DNA from: Alphaproteobacteria bacterium
Lineage (GTDB): Bacteria; Pseudomonadota; Alphaproteobacteria; UBA7887
DNA: 64,000 bases
Direction of reading: 5' to 3'
NCBI GenBank assembly: GCA_965216755.1
Contig: CBDCGL010000011.1
Location: 3,584,001-3,648,000 of the forward strand
Both the position numbers and the translations under genes were made by a program. The notes below the pieces were generated by a model, which worked only from the letters and a program-made list of their open reading frames with translations, was not told the origin of the DNA and searched no databases. Of the stretch, positions 1 through 10,779 are shown piece after piece (position 1 is the first letter of the stretch; each line of letters begins with the position of its first letter).

Positions 1-1
1 T

Positions 2-520
2 GTCGCCGACGGTTTCGATATCACCATGAATGTCCGCTCCGACGGGCTATTGTTGCAAGTCGCCCAGGCGATTCAGGCAACGATGGCTGCCGCCGGCGTG
101 CGCATCGAATTGTTGGCCGGCGACGCCAAGCAGACGCTGACGCGCTATCGTGCCCGTCACCACGATATCTATATTGGCCAATGGGGCCCGGATTATCTGG
201 ACCCTCACACGAACGCGGCGGCGTTTGCGCGCAATATCGACAATGGTGAGTCCAGTGTCGAACGAACGCTTGCTTGGCGAAATGGCTGGGTAATCCCCGA
301 ATTGACGGCGATGACCGATGCCGCCACCTTGATCTCCGACCCGCAACAACGCGCGGCCGCCTATGGCGCGTTGCAGCGCCGGGTGATGGCGGACTCACCG
401 TTTATCGTCATGTTTCAGGAAGACGTGCTCTATGCGGCGCGCGCCAATGTCCACGGCTATCAGTCCGGCCTGATGTCCGATCAAACGCGGTATCGCGCGG
501 TGTATAAGGGCCCGGAATGA
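2..520 (+). CDS. Peptide/nickel ABC transporter substrate-binding protein (family 5), C-terminal part, truncated by the window edge
   Basis: Frame is open from position 2. WGPDYLDPHTN motif and typical SBP_bac_5 C-terminus; lies directly before DppB/C/D/F-like genes. Confidence 0.88.
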   Translation, partial: VADGFDITMNVRSDGLLLQVAQAIQATMAAAGVRIELLAGDAKQTLTRYRARHHDIYIGQWGPDYLDPHTNAAAFARNIDNGESSVERTLAWRNGWVIPELTAMTDAATLISDPQQRAAAYGALQRRVMADSPFIVMFQEDVLYAARANVHGYQSGLMSDQTRYRAVYKGPE

Positions 521-1578
521 CGGCGCCGCCGGTCACGCCGATCACGCGGCCGCTGTGGCGGCTAGGGGCGGCGCGGGGCCGCGACGTGGCGCGCACCATC
601 GCGGCCGCCATCGTCACGGTGTTTGGGTTGCTTCTGGTCACTTTTGTGATCGGTCGGGTGATCCCGATCGATCCGGTGCTCGCCGTGGTTGGCGATCAGG
701 CCAGTGCCGAGACATATCAGGCAGCACGTCGGGAGATGGGCTTGGACTTGCCGCTCCCTGTACAGTTTTGGCTCTATCTGCGCGATCTGGCGAGCGGCGA
801 CCTGGGGCAAAGTGCCGTAACCGCGCGCCCGGTCATCACCGACATCGGGCGTTTTTTCCCGGCGACACTTGAGCTGGCGACCTTGGCGACCTTGATTGGG
901 GTCATGCTGGGCGTGCCGGCCGGCGTCGTCGCCGCTGTGGCGCGCGGCCGCTGGCCCGATGGCGTTGTCCGGTTCATTTCATTGGTTGGCTATTCGGCGC
1001 CGACGTTTTGGCTGGGCATGATCGGACTGCTGGTGTTTTACGCCAAGCTCGGTTGGTTGCCCGGTCCCGGACGCTTGGACATCATCTATGAAGGTCTGGT
1101 TCCGACCGTGACCGGGGTGCTGGTCCTTGACGCGCTGCTTGCCGGCGACGGCGAAGTGTTGGCCGATGCGTTGGGGCGCTTGGTGCTGCCGTCCGCCACA
1201 TTGGGCTATTTCTCCATGGCGTATATCGCGCGCATGACCAGAAGCTTCATGATCGAACAATTGGCGCAGGAATATGTCGTCGCCGCGCGCGCCAAGGGAC
1301 TGAGCGAAGCTAGGGTGATCTGGGGCCACGCGTTGCGCAACGCGGCGGTACCCCTGATCACTGTTGTGGCGTTGTCGTACGGCAGCTTGCTGGAAGGTTC
1401 GGTACTGACCGAGACAGTGTTCGCGTGGCCAGGGCTGGGTGCCTATCTCACCGCCTCGCTGTTGAATGCGGACATGAATGCGGTTCTCGGCGCAACCTTG
1501 GTCGTTGGCTTGGTGTTCGTGTCCCTAAATCTGCTGTCGGACATCGCATATCGCTTTGCCGATCCGCGGACTCGATAG
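517..1578 (+). CDS. dppB: Dipeptide/oligopeptide ABC permease (DppB-like)
   Basis: GDLGQS and PATLELA motifs, EAA loop (YVVAARAKGLSE), ETVFAWPGLG, C-terminal DPR. Confidence 0.9.
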   Translation: MTAPPVTPITRPLWRLGAARGRDVARTIAAAIVTVFGLLLVTFVIGRVIPIDPVLAVVGDQASAETYQAARREMGLDLPLPVQFWLYLRDLASGDLGQSAVTARPVITDIGRFFPATLELATLATLIGVMLGVPAGVVAAVARGRWPDGVVRFISLVGYSAPTFWLGMIGLLVFYAKLGWLPGPGRLDIIYEGLVPTVTGVLVLDALLAGDGEVLADALGRLVLPSATLGYFSMAYIARMTRSFMIEQLAQEYVVAARAKGLSEARVIWGHALRNAAVPLITVVALSYGSLLEGSVLTETVFAWPGLGAYLTASLLNADMNAVLGATLVVGLVFVSLNLLSDIAYRFADPRTR

Positions 1579-1580
1579 CG

Positions 1581-2528
1581 ATGCCTGGTTGTGCCGCCCC
1601 GCAATTGCACCGCGACGCGCCCGGGGATGTGGCCAGAATCAGTTGGCGGGCTTGGCTGGCCAGTCCAACGCCGACGTCACGACGTCAAGCTCGTTGGGGC
1701 CGGGCCTATGGATTCGCGCGGCAGTTTGTCCGCCATCCGCTGGCCATGGTTGGAATGGCGATCGTGGTCCTGTTGCTGTTGGTGGCGATTTTTGCGCCAT
1801 ATGTTGCTGGTGTCCCGCCCAATGCCCAAGACCTTAGCCAGCGCCTGTTGCCGCCGAGCGCCGCACATTGGTTCGGCACCGATCAGTTGGGTCGCGATAT
1901 TTTTGCGCGCCTGGTGCACGGCGCACGGATCACATTGATGATCGTCATTTTGGTCGCGGTCATCGCGGCGCCGATCGGCCTTGTGGTGGGATGCGTCGCC
2001 GGAACGCTCGGTGGGTGGGCCGATGTCCTGATGATGCGCATCACAGATGTTTTCTTAGCGTTTCCAAGGTTGATTTTGGCTTTGGCGCTGGTTGCCGCAC
2101 TCGGGCCCGGAATCGAAAATGCGGTCATTGCCATCGCGCTGACCTCGTGGCCGGTCTATGCCCGTGTCGCCCGCGCCGAAGCGCTGACGGTGCGGGGCCG
2201 AGACTTTGTTGCCGCCGCCCGTCAACAGGGCGCGTCGACCTGGTGGATCGTGCGCCGGCAAATCATGCCCATGTGCCTAAACTCGCTGATCGTGCGTGTG
2301 TCGTTCGATATGGCCGGCATCATATTGACCGCCGCCGGTTTGGGTTTTTTGGGGCTCGGCGCGCAACCGCCGACGCCGGAATGGGGGGCGATGATTGCCA
2401 GCGGGCGGGCCTATCTGTTCGACCAGTGGTGGGTCGCCACCGTCCCCGGGTTGGCGATCTTGACCGTCAGCATGGGCTTTAATCTGCTGGGTGACGGCTT
2501 GCGCGACGTTTTGGACCCACGCACATGA
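1581..2528 (+). CDS. dppC: Dipeptide/oligopeptide ABC permease (DppC-like); start uncertain
   Basis: HWFGTDQLGRD, LGFLGLGAQPPTPEWG, FNLLGDGLRDVLDP. Start placed at ATG 1581, just after the dppB stop. Confidence 0.9.
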   Translation: MPGCAAPQLHRDAPGDVARISWRAWLASPTPTSRRQARWGRAYGFARQFVRHPLAMVGMAIVVLLLLVAIFAPYVAGVPPNAQDLSQRLLPPSAAHWFGTDQLGRDIFARLVHGARITLMIVILVAVIAAPIGLVVGCVAGTLGGWADVLMMRITDVFLAFPRLILALALVAALGPGIENAVIAIALTSWPVYARVARAEALTVRGRDFVAAARQQGASTWWIVRRQIMPMCLNSLIVRVSFDMAGIILTAAGLGFLGLGAQPPTPEWGAMIASGRAYLFDQWWVATVPGLAILTVSMGFNLLGDGLRDVLDPRT

Positions 2529-3352
2529 CCGGCACGCCGCTGCTCGATGTGGCCGCGTTGCGGGTCGACTACATGACCGCGCGCGGGATGGTGCGGGCCG
2601 TGGATGACATCGATCTTGCGGTCGGCCACGAAAAAGTTGGCTTGTTGGGGCAATCGGGTTCCGGCAAATCGACCATCGGCCGTGCCCTGATGGGCCTGTT
2701 GCCCGAATCCGCTCAGGTCGGCGCCCAGAGGGTGACCTTGGAAGGTGTGCCTTTGCCGATCGGGTCGGCCGCCGCCATGCGGCGCCATCGCGGTCGCGAC
2801 ATTGCTATGATTCTTCAGGACCCGCACCATGCGTTGAATCCGGTGACGCGGGTCGGCGCACAGATTGTCGAAGCGCTACGGGTCGGCGTCGGCGGGATGT
2901 CTCGCGGCGACGCACGACGTCGCGGACTCGACATGCTTGCGACTGTTCAAATGGCCGATCCGGAGGGGACGTGGCGCGCCTATCCCCACGAATTGTCGGG
3001 CGGTATGGCGCAACGCGTCATGTTGGCGATGATGCTGGCGCCCGGACCGCGCTTGTTGGTTGCCGACGAACCGACGTCGGCGCTTGATGTCTTGGCGCGG
3101 CAAGCGGTGCTTGAGGTGCTCGACGCGCAGATTGCCGCGCGCCACATGGGATTGCTGTTCATTTCTCACGACTTGACATTGTTGGCATCTTTTTGCGATC
3201 GCGTCTTGGTGCTTCGCGCCGGTCAAATCGTTGAGCGGCTGCCAGCGGCAGAATTGGAGTCCGCCCGCGCGGACTACACGCGCGCCCTGTTGGCGGCCCG
3301 CCCAGCGCTGGAGAAACGCTGGCGCGCCGGGCGCGGCCAGATTTCTGTGTGA
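2525..3352 (+). CDS. dppD: Peptide ABC transporter ATP-binding protein (DppD-like)
   Basis: Walker A GQSGSGKS, YPHELSGGMAQR, ADEPTSALD. Confidence 0.88.
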   Translation: MTGTPLLDVAALRVDYMTARGMVRAVDDIDLAVGHEKVGLLGQSGSGKSTIGRALMGLLPESAQVGAQRVTLEGVPLPIGSAAAMRRHRGRDIAMILQDPHHALNPVTRVGAQIVEALRVGVGGMSRGDARRRGLDMLATVQMADPEGTWRAYPHELSGGMAQRVMLAMMLAPGPRLLVADEPTSALDVLARQAVLEVLDAQIAARHMGLLFISHDLTLLASFCDRVLVLRAGQIVERLPAAELESARADYTRALLAARPALEKRWRAGRGQISV

Positions 3353-4122
3353 ACATGTTCACTGTCCGTGATCTGAATATCCGCTATCACACCGGCTCGT
3401 CCGTCAGGCACGTCGTGCGCGGTGTCTCTTTCGCGTTCGGCAGTGGTGTTGCCTTTGGCCTGGTCGGCCGATCCGGTTGCGGCAAGTCGACCCTGCTTCG
3501 GGCGTTGGCCGGTTTGAATGCCGACTGGGACGGTGAGATTGTGATTGACGGCGCCGTTCAAGCCAAGCGGCGGCCGAGGTCGTTTTACCGCAAGGTACAA
3601 ATGGTGTTCCAAGACCCATACGGATCGCTGCATCCGCGCAAGACCGTTGACGATAGTTTGGCGGCGCCGTTGTCGATTCATGGCTTTGACGATATTGATC
3701 GCAGAATAAGCGCCGCGCTTGACGACGTCGGTCTCGACCAAGGCTTGCGGTTTCGCTATCCGCACCAGCTGTCCGGCGGTCAAAGGCAGCGCGTGGCGTT
3801 GGCCCGGGCGCTTGTTCTCGAACCCAAAGCGCTGTTGCTCGACGAGCCGACGGCATCGCTCGATGCCCAAACTCAGTCTGAAATTCTACGTCTTCTCAAA
3901 GCGTTACGACAAAGGTTGGGATTGACCATGCTGTTGGTCAGCCACAATATTGCAGTCGTCGCCGAGCTTTGCGATTGGTTCGCAGTCCTCGACGCGGGGC
4001 GGCTGGTTGAGATTGTCAAATGCGACCACGCCAGCGGGCCGCGGCCGACCGCCGCCATATCTCGCGCCTTGTTGACCGCGGCGGCGGGCTATCGCCCGAC
4101 CACGTCTCCACAATCTATTTGA
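3349..4122 (+). CDS. dppF: Peptide ABC transporter ATP-binding protein (DppF-like)
   Basis: GRSGCGKST, QMVFQDPYGSLHP, YPHQLSGGQRQR, LLLDEPT. Confidence 0.88.
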   Translation: MNMFTVRDLNIRYHTGSSVRHVVRGVSFAFGSGVAFGLVGRSGCGKSTLLRALAGLNADWDGEIVIDGAVQAKRRPRSFYRKVQMVFQDPYGSLHPRKTVDDSLAAPLSIHGFDDIDRRISAALDDVGLDQGLRFRYPHQLSGGQRQRVALARALVLEPKALLLDEPTASLDAQTQSEILRLLKALRQRLGLTMLLVSHNIAVVAELCDWFAVLDAGRLVEIVKCDHASGPRPTAAISRALLTAAAGYRPTTSPQSI

Positions 4123-4128
4123 AGGCAC

Positions 4129-5436
4129 GTGGCAGCGGGCCCATTTGACACTTCGGACCCGCAATTTGGACATCATCGAATATCGGCGCTTATTGTGCGA
4201 CGTACATCCCGTTTCTGGCTTCCCATCCTGGTTTTGGCGCTCAGTGTTGGCGTCATGGTTGGGCTGAAGGCGACCAAGCCCGAAGCACCAACCAGTCCTC
4301 CGGAAGAGCGCACTTGGTTGGTGGAAACCGCGCGCGTCGCCGTCGCGGATGTCCAACCGATTTTGCAGCTTTACGGCACCGTCGCATCTGGCCGTTCGGT
4401 CGATCTGCGGGCCCTTGTCGGCGGCACGGTCGAAACCGTTGGGGCCGCATATGTCGAAGGCGGTATCGTCAATAAGGGCGAACTGTTGGTCGCCATTGAC
4501 CCGTTTGTTTTCCGCCAGACGCTTGTTGAACAAAATGCATTGGCGCGTGAGGCGCGCGCCCGTCTGCGCGAGCTGGAGGCGCGGCAGCGCACCGAGGCAG
4601 CGATGCTGGCGGAAGATCAACAGCAAGTGGCGTTGAGCGCCCGTGACTTGGCGCGACGCGAGAAATTGGTCGGCGATGCCGTGTCCGAGAAATCACTCGA
4701 CGACGCGCGCGCGGCATTGAGCCGGGCAAAAATAGAAGCCTTGCGGGCCGAGCAAGGGACGGAAGCACTGGACGCCCAAATCCAACAGCAACAAGCGGTC
4801 ATCGAGCGCCTCGGCGCGGTGATTGCGCGCGCGGAACGTGATATGGCCGATACACGCCTGAGCGCCCCTTTCGACGGCTACGTCGCGACCCCGCAAGCGG
4901 AGATCGGCCAGCGCCTCAATCCGGGCGATCCGGTCGCGCGGTTGATCGATTCAAACCGGCTAGAAGCCCGTGTTTTTGTCAGCAACGCGCAATTGGGGCG
5001 CCTGGTCGCTGCATCGCAGACCGATCCGGGCACCCCCGTCACCGTGCTGTGGCGCACCGGCGATCGCGTCCACGCGCTGGACGGCGCGATCGCCCGTATT
5101 GGCAGCGAAATCGATGCCACGTCGGGCGGCGCGTATCTTTATGCGCATCTGCGCGATGTGCCGGCGACTTTGCCGCTGCGGCCGGGTGCCTTTGTCGAGG
5201 TGCGGCTGCAGGACCAAGTCTACCCGAATGTGACACGGTTGCCGCAGACCGCCGTGCACGGTACCGGCACGGTGTACGCGGTCATGGAACAGCGCTTGGA
5301 ACCGCGTTCGGTCGAGGTGGTGGCGCGCGAGGATGACATGGTCATCGTACGCGGGGCGCTGGCCGAGGGCGACGAGGTCGTAGTGACGCGATTTGCTGAA
5401 ATCGGCCCGGGCGTGAAGGTCGCGACCGCGCAATGA
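4129..5436 (+). CDS. RND efflux periplasmic adaptor (membrane fusion protein)
   Basis: N-terminal TM anchor, lipoyl halves (V.KGELLV.ID and APFDG.V), long helical hairpin, LRPGAFVEV; overlaps the RND permease start. Start codon uncertain. Confidence 0.85.
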   Translation: MAAGPFDTSDPQFGHHRISALIVRRTSRFWLPILVLALSVGVMVGLKATKPEAPTSPPEERTWLVETARVAVADVQPILQLYGTVASGRSVDLRALVGGTVETVGAAYVEGGIVNKGELLVAIDPFVFRQTLVEQNALAREARARLRELEARQRTEAAMLAEDQQQVALSARDLARREKLVGDAVSEKSLDDARAALSRAKIEALRAEQGTEALDAQIQQQQAVIERLGAVIARAERDMADTRLSAPFDGYVATPQAEIGQRLNPGDPVARLIDSNRLEARVFVSNAQLGRLVAASQTDPGTPVTVLWRTGDRVHALDGAIARIGSEIDATSGGAYLYAHLRDVPATLPLRPGAFVEVRLQDQVYPNVTRLPQTAVHGTGTVYAVMEQRLEPRSVEVVAREDDMVIVRGALAEGDEVVVTRFAEIGPGVKVATAQ

Positions 5437-8400
5437 GGCAGACCGGTCGCGGATTGATTGCCCTATTCGCGCGTCATCGCACGGCCGCGAACCTGTTGAT
5501 GGTCCTAATGATCGCCGCCGGTCTGATCGCCGCGGGTCGCCTCAACACCCAGTTCTTTCCGGACTTCGGTATCGACGTGATCACCATTTCCGTCGCCTGG
5601 CCCGGCGCCAGCGCGGACGATGTCGAAAACACCATCCTGCAGGCGCTGGAACCCGAAGTCCGCTTCATCGACGACGTCAAGCGCGTTCGTGGATCGGCGC
5701 GCGAAGGGGCCGGCAGCTTGGCCATAGAGTTTCATCCGGGTGCCGACATGCAAGCCGGCTTGTCGGCTGTCGAAAGCGCCGTCGCCCAGGTCACAACATT
5801 GCCCGAAGACGCCGAAGAGCCGATTGTGTCGCGGATTGTGCGCTATGACACGATTAGCCGGCTGCTGATATCGGGACCTTATTCAGAACTGGCGCTGAAA
5901 CATATCGCCAAGCGGGTGCGCGAAGACCTGCTGGCGCGCGGTATCGACAAGGTGACGCTGTTCGGCGCGCGCGACGAGGAATTGTGGGTCGAGGTGGCGC
6001 CGGAGACGTTGCTGCGTCTGGATTTGACTTTGGCGGATATCGCCGCGCGCATCCGCGAGACCAGTTTGGACATGCCGGCCGGCGACACAAGGGGGGCGGG
6101 TGCCCTGCAAATCCGCAGCTTGGGTCTTCGGCGCGATGCGCGCACCCTGCGTACGGTTGAAGTGCTGGCGCGCGATAGCGGTGAGAAGATTCTGCTCGGC
6201 GACATTGCGACGATAACCGACACTTTCGATGACGACGGCGCCAACGGTCGCTATCAAGGTCAGACGGCCATACAGTTGCATGTCCAGCGCGCCGTCGGCG
6301 CCGACGCCTTGCAACTTGCCGAAGTCGTCAACGACTATTTGGAAATATTGCGGCCGACATTGCCAGCGTCGCTGAACATTGTGCAATTCGACGTCGCTGC
6401 CAGTCTGGTGCGCGACCGCATCAATCTGCTGTTGCGCAACGGCGCCGGCGGCCTGGTGTTGGTTTTGGCGGTATTGTTCCTGTTTCTCAGCAGCCGGGTG
6501 GCGCTGTGGGTGGCGGTTGGGATTCCGACCGCGGTGATGGCTTCACTGGCGGTGATGCTGGCGACCGGTCAGTCGATCAATATGGTCAGCCTGTTCGCGT
6601 TGATCATGATGCTGGGTATCATCGTCGACGATGCCATCGTTGTTGGCGAGCATGCCATGGCGCGGCGCCATGCCGGCATGGACGCGCAAGATGCGGTGGA
6701 AACCGGGGCGCGGCGCATGGTGCCGCCGGTGTTCAGTGCAACTTTGACGACGATCGCCGCGTTTTTGCCAATTGTCATGGTGACCGGCATCATCGGTGAA
6801 ATCCTGTTTGCGATTCCGAGCGTGGTCGTGGCGGTGCTGATTGCCAGTCTGGTCGAGTGTTTCTTGGTGCTGCCCGGGCATTTGCGCCACGCGATGACCG
6901 CCGATCCGTCGGCAGTCTCACGATTTCGGCACCGGTTCAATGAAAGATTCGACCGCTTTCGCGATACTCGCTTTCGGCGTTTGACCGTGTTGGCGGTACG
7001 TTGGCGTTATACCGTACTCGCGCTTGCGTTCGGCAGTTTGATTGCCGCGGTTGGGCTGTTGGTTGGCGGCCGCGTTCAGTTTGTCTTTTTCCCGTCGCCC
7101 GAAAGCGATGTCATTCTGGCCAACTTCGCCTTTTCGCCCGGCACGCCGCGCACCCGCACCGCGGCCATGCTGGACGAATTGGAACGCGCGCTCGCCGAAG
7201 TGGACCGGCAGTTGGCCGGCGAAAACGACAGTGCCGTCAAGGTGACCTTCGGCACGCTTGGGGAAACGATCATCAGCGATGTTGCCGGCGGTGCCAGAGG
7301 CGAACATGTCGGTGGCTTGTTTGTTGAGCTGCAACCGTCCGAACAGCGCAGTGTGCGTACCCAAGCGCTGGTCACCGCGTGGCGCGCGGCCATACGGCCT
7401 TTGGCCGGTATCGATGAAATGTCGATCCGCGAACCGCAAGGGGGGCCGCCCGGTCGTGATTTGGACGTGCGCCTGTCGGGCGCCGACGCGGCGACGCTCA
7501 AGAAAGCAGCGCTCGATCTGCGCACCACCTTGGGACGTTTTCCTGGCATTAGCGACGATGCCGACAATCTGCCGTGGGGCAAGCCGGAACTGATCCTCAA
7601 CGTGTCGCCGCGAGGCCGCGCATTGGGTTTCACCACGGACGCCGTCGGCCGCCAAGTGCGTGATGCGTTCGAGGGCGCGATCGCCCACCGTTTCGCGCGT
7701 GACGATGAAGAAGTGACCGTGCGGGTACGCTTGCCGGAAGGCACGCTGACCGAATCGCGCCTGCGTAGCCTTTATTTGCGCAGCCCCGGCGGCGCCGAAG
7801 TGCCACTGTCTGAGGTTGTCACCCTGTCCAGCGATCGTGGCTTTTCGGTTATCCAACGCGAAGACGGCGTGCGCGAAGTCAGCGTGACGGCAGAGGTCGA
7901 TGAGGCGGTCGCCAATCCGACCGAATTGGTGGCAACCTTGGCTGCCGGCCCAATTGTTGAATTGCGGCAGACATATGGTGTGCAGGCGCGGTTCGCCGGT
8001 AAGGCCGAGGAGCAAGGCGAGACCCTAGCCGACATGCGCTTGGGCACGATGGCTGGTCTGACCACGATCTACATCATCTTGGCCTGGGTCTTCGCCAGTT
8101 ACACGCGCCCGGTGGTGGTCATGTCCATCATTCCCTTGGCAGCCGTTGGCGCCATCGTCGGCCATTGGTTGACCGGTTACGACTTGACCTTGCTCAGCTT
8201 GATCGGGCTGCTGGGTTTGTCCGGTATCGTGGTCAACGATTCGATCATATTGGTCAGCACCATCGACGAGCGGCTGAAGGGCGGCCAGCCACCCGCGGCG
8301 GCCATCGTTCATGGCACACGCGATCGTCTCCGCGCGGTGATCTTGACGTCGCTGACGACAATCGGCGGTCTGTTGCCGCTGATGTTTGAAACCAGCCTGC

Positions 8401-8600
8401 AAGCCCAGTTTCTGAAACCGATGGCTCTGACCCTGGTGTTCGGCCTGATCACTACGACATTGCTGGTGTTGTTTGTTATCCCCGCCATGATGGCGATACA
8501 GAACGATGTCGGCCGTTGGCGTCCGCGTCCGCGGTCAGGCGCGCCAGAACCCTGGCATAAACAGGATCATTACCGTGAACAGCTCGAGGCGGCCGAGTAG
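5433..8600 (+). CDS. RND efflux transporter permease (AcrB/AcrD/AcrF family)
   Basis: 1055 aa. WPGASADDVE, GIIVDDAIVVGE (TM4), GIVVNDSIIL, RLRAVILTSLTT. Confidence 0.93.
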   Translation: MRQTGRGLIALFARHRTAANLLMVLMIAAGLIAAGRLNTQFFPDFGIDVITISVAWPGASADDVENTILQALEPEVRFIDDVKRVRGSAREGAGSLAIEFHPGADMQAGLSAVESAVAQVTTLPEDAEEPIVSRIVRYDTISRLLISGPYSELALKHIAKRVREDLLARGIDKVTLFGARDEELWVEVAPETLLRLDLTLADIAARIRETSLDMPAGDTRGAGALQIRSLGLRRDARTLRTVEVLARDSGEKILLGDIATITDTFDDDGANGRYQGQTAIQLHVQRAVGADALQLAEVVNDYLEILRPTLPASLNIVQFDVAASLVRDRINLLLRNGAGGLVLVLAVLFLFLSSRVALWVAVGIPTAVMASLAVMLATGQSINMVSLFALIMMLGIIVDDAIVVGEHAMARRHAGMDAQDAVETGARRMVPPVFSATLTTIAAFLPIVMVTGIIGEILFAIPSVVVAVLIASLVECFLVLPGHLRHAMTADPSAVSRFRHRFNERFDRFRDTRFRRLTVLAVRWRYTVLALAFGSLIAAVGLLVGGRVQFVFFPSPESDVILANFAFSPGTPRTRTAAMLDELERALAEVDRQLAGENDSAVKVTFGTLGETIISDVAGGARGEHVGGLFVELQPSEQRSVRTQALVTAWRAAIRPLAGIDEMSIREPQGGPPGRDLDVRLSGADAATLKKAALDLRTTLGRFPGISDDADNLPWGKPELILNVSPRGRALGFTTDAVGRQVRDAFEGAIAHRFARDDEEVTVRVRLPEGTLTESRLRSLYLRSPGGAEVPLSEVVTLSSDRGFSVIQREDGVREVSVTAEVDEAVANPTELVATLAAGPIVELRQTYGVQARFAGKAEEQGETLADMRLGTMAGLTTIYIILAWVFASYTRPVVVMSIIPLAAVGAIVGHWLTGYDLTLLSLIGLLGLSGIVVNDSIILVSTIDERLKGGQPPAAAIVHGTRDRLRAVILTSLTTIGGLLPLMFETSLQAQFLKPMALTLVFGLITTTLLVLFVIPAMMAIQNDVGRWRPRPRSGAPEPWHKQDHYREQLEAAE

Positions 8601-9986
8601 CATCGCCGCGGACAGCAGCCATTTGGCACTGTCGTCGAGCGACGCGAAGGTGCCGGCCGGGCCGATAATCGGCCCCAATGCCGGCCCAACATTGGCCACC
8701 GCTGTCGCCGCGCCGCTGATGCTCGTGACGAAGTCATAGCCGTGCAGGGCGAGGCCAAGGGCCGTCACGGCAAACACGGCAAAAAACATGAAAAAGAAAC
8801 CGAGCACCGAACTGACCACGTGGTTTGGCACGGGACGGCCGTCGAAATGCGGAACAAACACCGCATGTGGCCTGAGCAGGTGGACAAATTGCACACGCAC
8901 TGCGGAAAACAACACTTGATAGCGGAACACTTTGATACCGCCGGTGGTACCGCCGGTACAGCCGCCGACAAACATCAGAAAGAACATGACCGTGACAGCC
9001 AGCGCGCCCCAATGGGCATAATCATCGGTGGCGTAGCCGGTGCCGGTCATCACCGACACGACATTGAAGGCGCCATAGCGCAGGGCGTCGAACAGGCTCC
9101 GATCCTCGAATGTGAACCACTGCCATAGAATGAGGACGATGATCATCACCGCCAGGGTGCCGAAGAACCACTGCACCTGACTGTCGCGCCACAACGCCGG
9201 AGCATCGCCGCGCAGGGCCTTGAGATAAAGGACGAACGGGAGGCTGCCAACCACCATGCCGACAATCACCACGCAGTCGACGGCGACACTATTGAAATAG
9301 CGAATCGATTGGTCGGACGTCGAAAAGCCGCCGGTCGCGATCGTGGTCATGCCGTGACAGATAGCGTCGAATCCACTCATGCCGGCGACATACAGCGCAA
9401 CAATCCAAATCGCCGTCAGGGCCACGTACAAAATTACGATCGAGGCGGCGAGTTTTGCGGCGCGCGGCAAGCCGCCTTCCGATTGGCTCGACGATTCGGT
9501 ACGGAATAACTGCATGCCGCCGACCCGCAAGATCGGCAGAATCGCGACCGCCATGGCGACAATGCCGATGCCGCCAAGCCACTGCAACAGCGAACGCCAC
9601 AGCAAAATCCCGGGTGGCTGATTGTCCAGGCCTTCGATGACCGTCGAACCCGTGGTCGTCAACCCCGACATGGCTTCGAAATACGCATCGGCCGGCGACA
9701 TGCCTAGGGTCGAGAACACAAACGGCAAACTGGCGAACGCACACACCAGCACCCAGCTGGCGGTGGTCATCAAAAAGGTCTCTTTGATTGTCAGTCGAAA
9801 TCGGCGCAACCGAAAAGACAGCGCCAACATGGCGCCGACGAAAAACGTTACCAGCGACGAAACCAGGAAAACACGCCAATCTGGATTGTCTGCCGCAACG
9901 TCGGCCAGCGCCGGCAATGTCATTGCCAACGCGATTGTGATCAACAAAAGGCCGACGACGAATAACGTCGGCCGCAGATCAATCAA
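8535..9986 (-). CDS. trkH: Trk potassium uptake membrane protein TrkH
   Basis: FEAMSGLTTTGST, WRSLLQWLGGIGI, GGCTGGTTGGIK, NVGP, MLLGRLE. Confidence 0.95.
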   Translation of the reverse strand: MIDLRPTLFVVGLLLITIALAMTLPALADVAADNPDWRVFLVSSLVTFFVGAMLALSFRLRRFRLTIKETFLMTTASWVLVCAFASLPFVFSTLGMSPADAYFEAMSGLTTTGSTVIEGLDNQPPGILLWRSLLQWLGGIGIVAMAVAILPILRVGGMQLFRTESSSQSEGGLPRAAKLAASIVILYVALTAIWIVALYVAGMSGFDAICHGMTTIATGGFSTSDQSIRYFNSVAVDCVVIVGMVVGSLPFVLYLKALRGDAPALWRDSQVQWFFGTLAVMIIVLILWQWFTFEDRSLFDALRYGAFNVVSVMTGTGYATDDYAHWGALAVTVMFFLMFVGGCTGGTTGGIKVFRYQVLFSAVRVQFVHLLRPHAVFVPHFDGRPVPNHVVSSVLGFFFMFFAVFAVTALGLALHGYDFVTSISGAATAVANVGPALGPIIGPAGTFASLDDSAKWLLSAAMLLGRLELFTVMILFMPGFWRA

Positions 9987-10049
9987 CAGCGCTCATCCCG
10001 AATGTGTTGCCCCCGTTTGCGGCCGGTCGGGTCGGATACCGCTCTATCC

Positions 10050-10703
10050 TCAGCGATGATTGGTGGCATCGCTGACGATGCCCAAAAATTCGCGCCGCGT
10101 GCTGGGGTCGTCACGAAACGCACCGATCATGCGGCTGGTTTTCATGGTCACGCCGCGTTTGCGCACGCCGCGCGTGGTCATGCATTGATGGGTCGCTTCG
10201 ATCATCACGGCGACCCCCTTCGGCTTGAGTACCGTGTCGATTGTGTCGGCAATTTGCACGGTCATGCGCTCTTGAATTTGCAAGCGGCGCGCATAAAGGT
10301 CGACAACGCGTGCCAATTTACTGATGCCCACCACGCGGTGGTCGGGCAAATAGGCGACATGGGCTTCGCCAATGACCGGCAGCATGTGATGTTCGCAGTA
10401 GGACACGAACTCAATACCAGTTAACACGATCATTTCATCGTAGCCGTCGACTTCCTCAAAGGTGCGTTCGAGGACAGAGATCGGGTCGCCGCCATAGCCC
10501 GAAAACAATTCCTCAAAGGCGCGTCGTACACGAAGTGGCGTCCCCAACAAGCCTTCGCGTTCGGGATCATCGCCGGCCCACCGAATTAACGTGCGAACGG
10601 CCCGTTCAACCTCTTCGACTGCTGGTTTGCCGTCGCCGACCGGCTTTGGCGCCGTTGGCGTCGTCGCGGTTTGGGTGGCGTTTTCCTGGTCGATCTTATT
10701 CAT
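10050..10703 (-). CDS. folE: GTP cyclohydrolase I FolE
   Basis: [43 protein letters not shown]. Start taken at ATG 10703. Confidence 0.95.
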   Translation of the reverse strand: MNKIDQENATQTATTPTAPKPVGDGKPAVEEVERAVRTLIRWAGDDPEREGLLGTPLRVRRAFEELFSGYGGDPISVLERTFEEVDGYDEMIVLTGIEFVSYCEHHMLPVIGEAHVAYLPDHRVVGISKLARVVDLYARRLQIQERMTVQIADTIDTVLKPKGVAVMIEATHQCMTTRGVRKRGVTMKTSRMIGAFRDDPSTRREFLGIVSDATNHR

Positions 10704-10779
10704 GAGGCGTTCCGAAACTGTGGACCTGCCGCGCAACCGGTCCGGCGCATTTGCGCGCCAGGCGCCGCCCAACGGGGCG

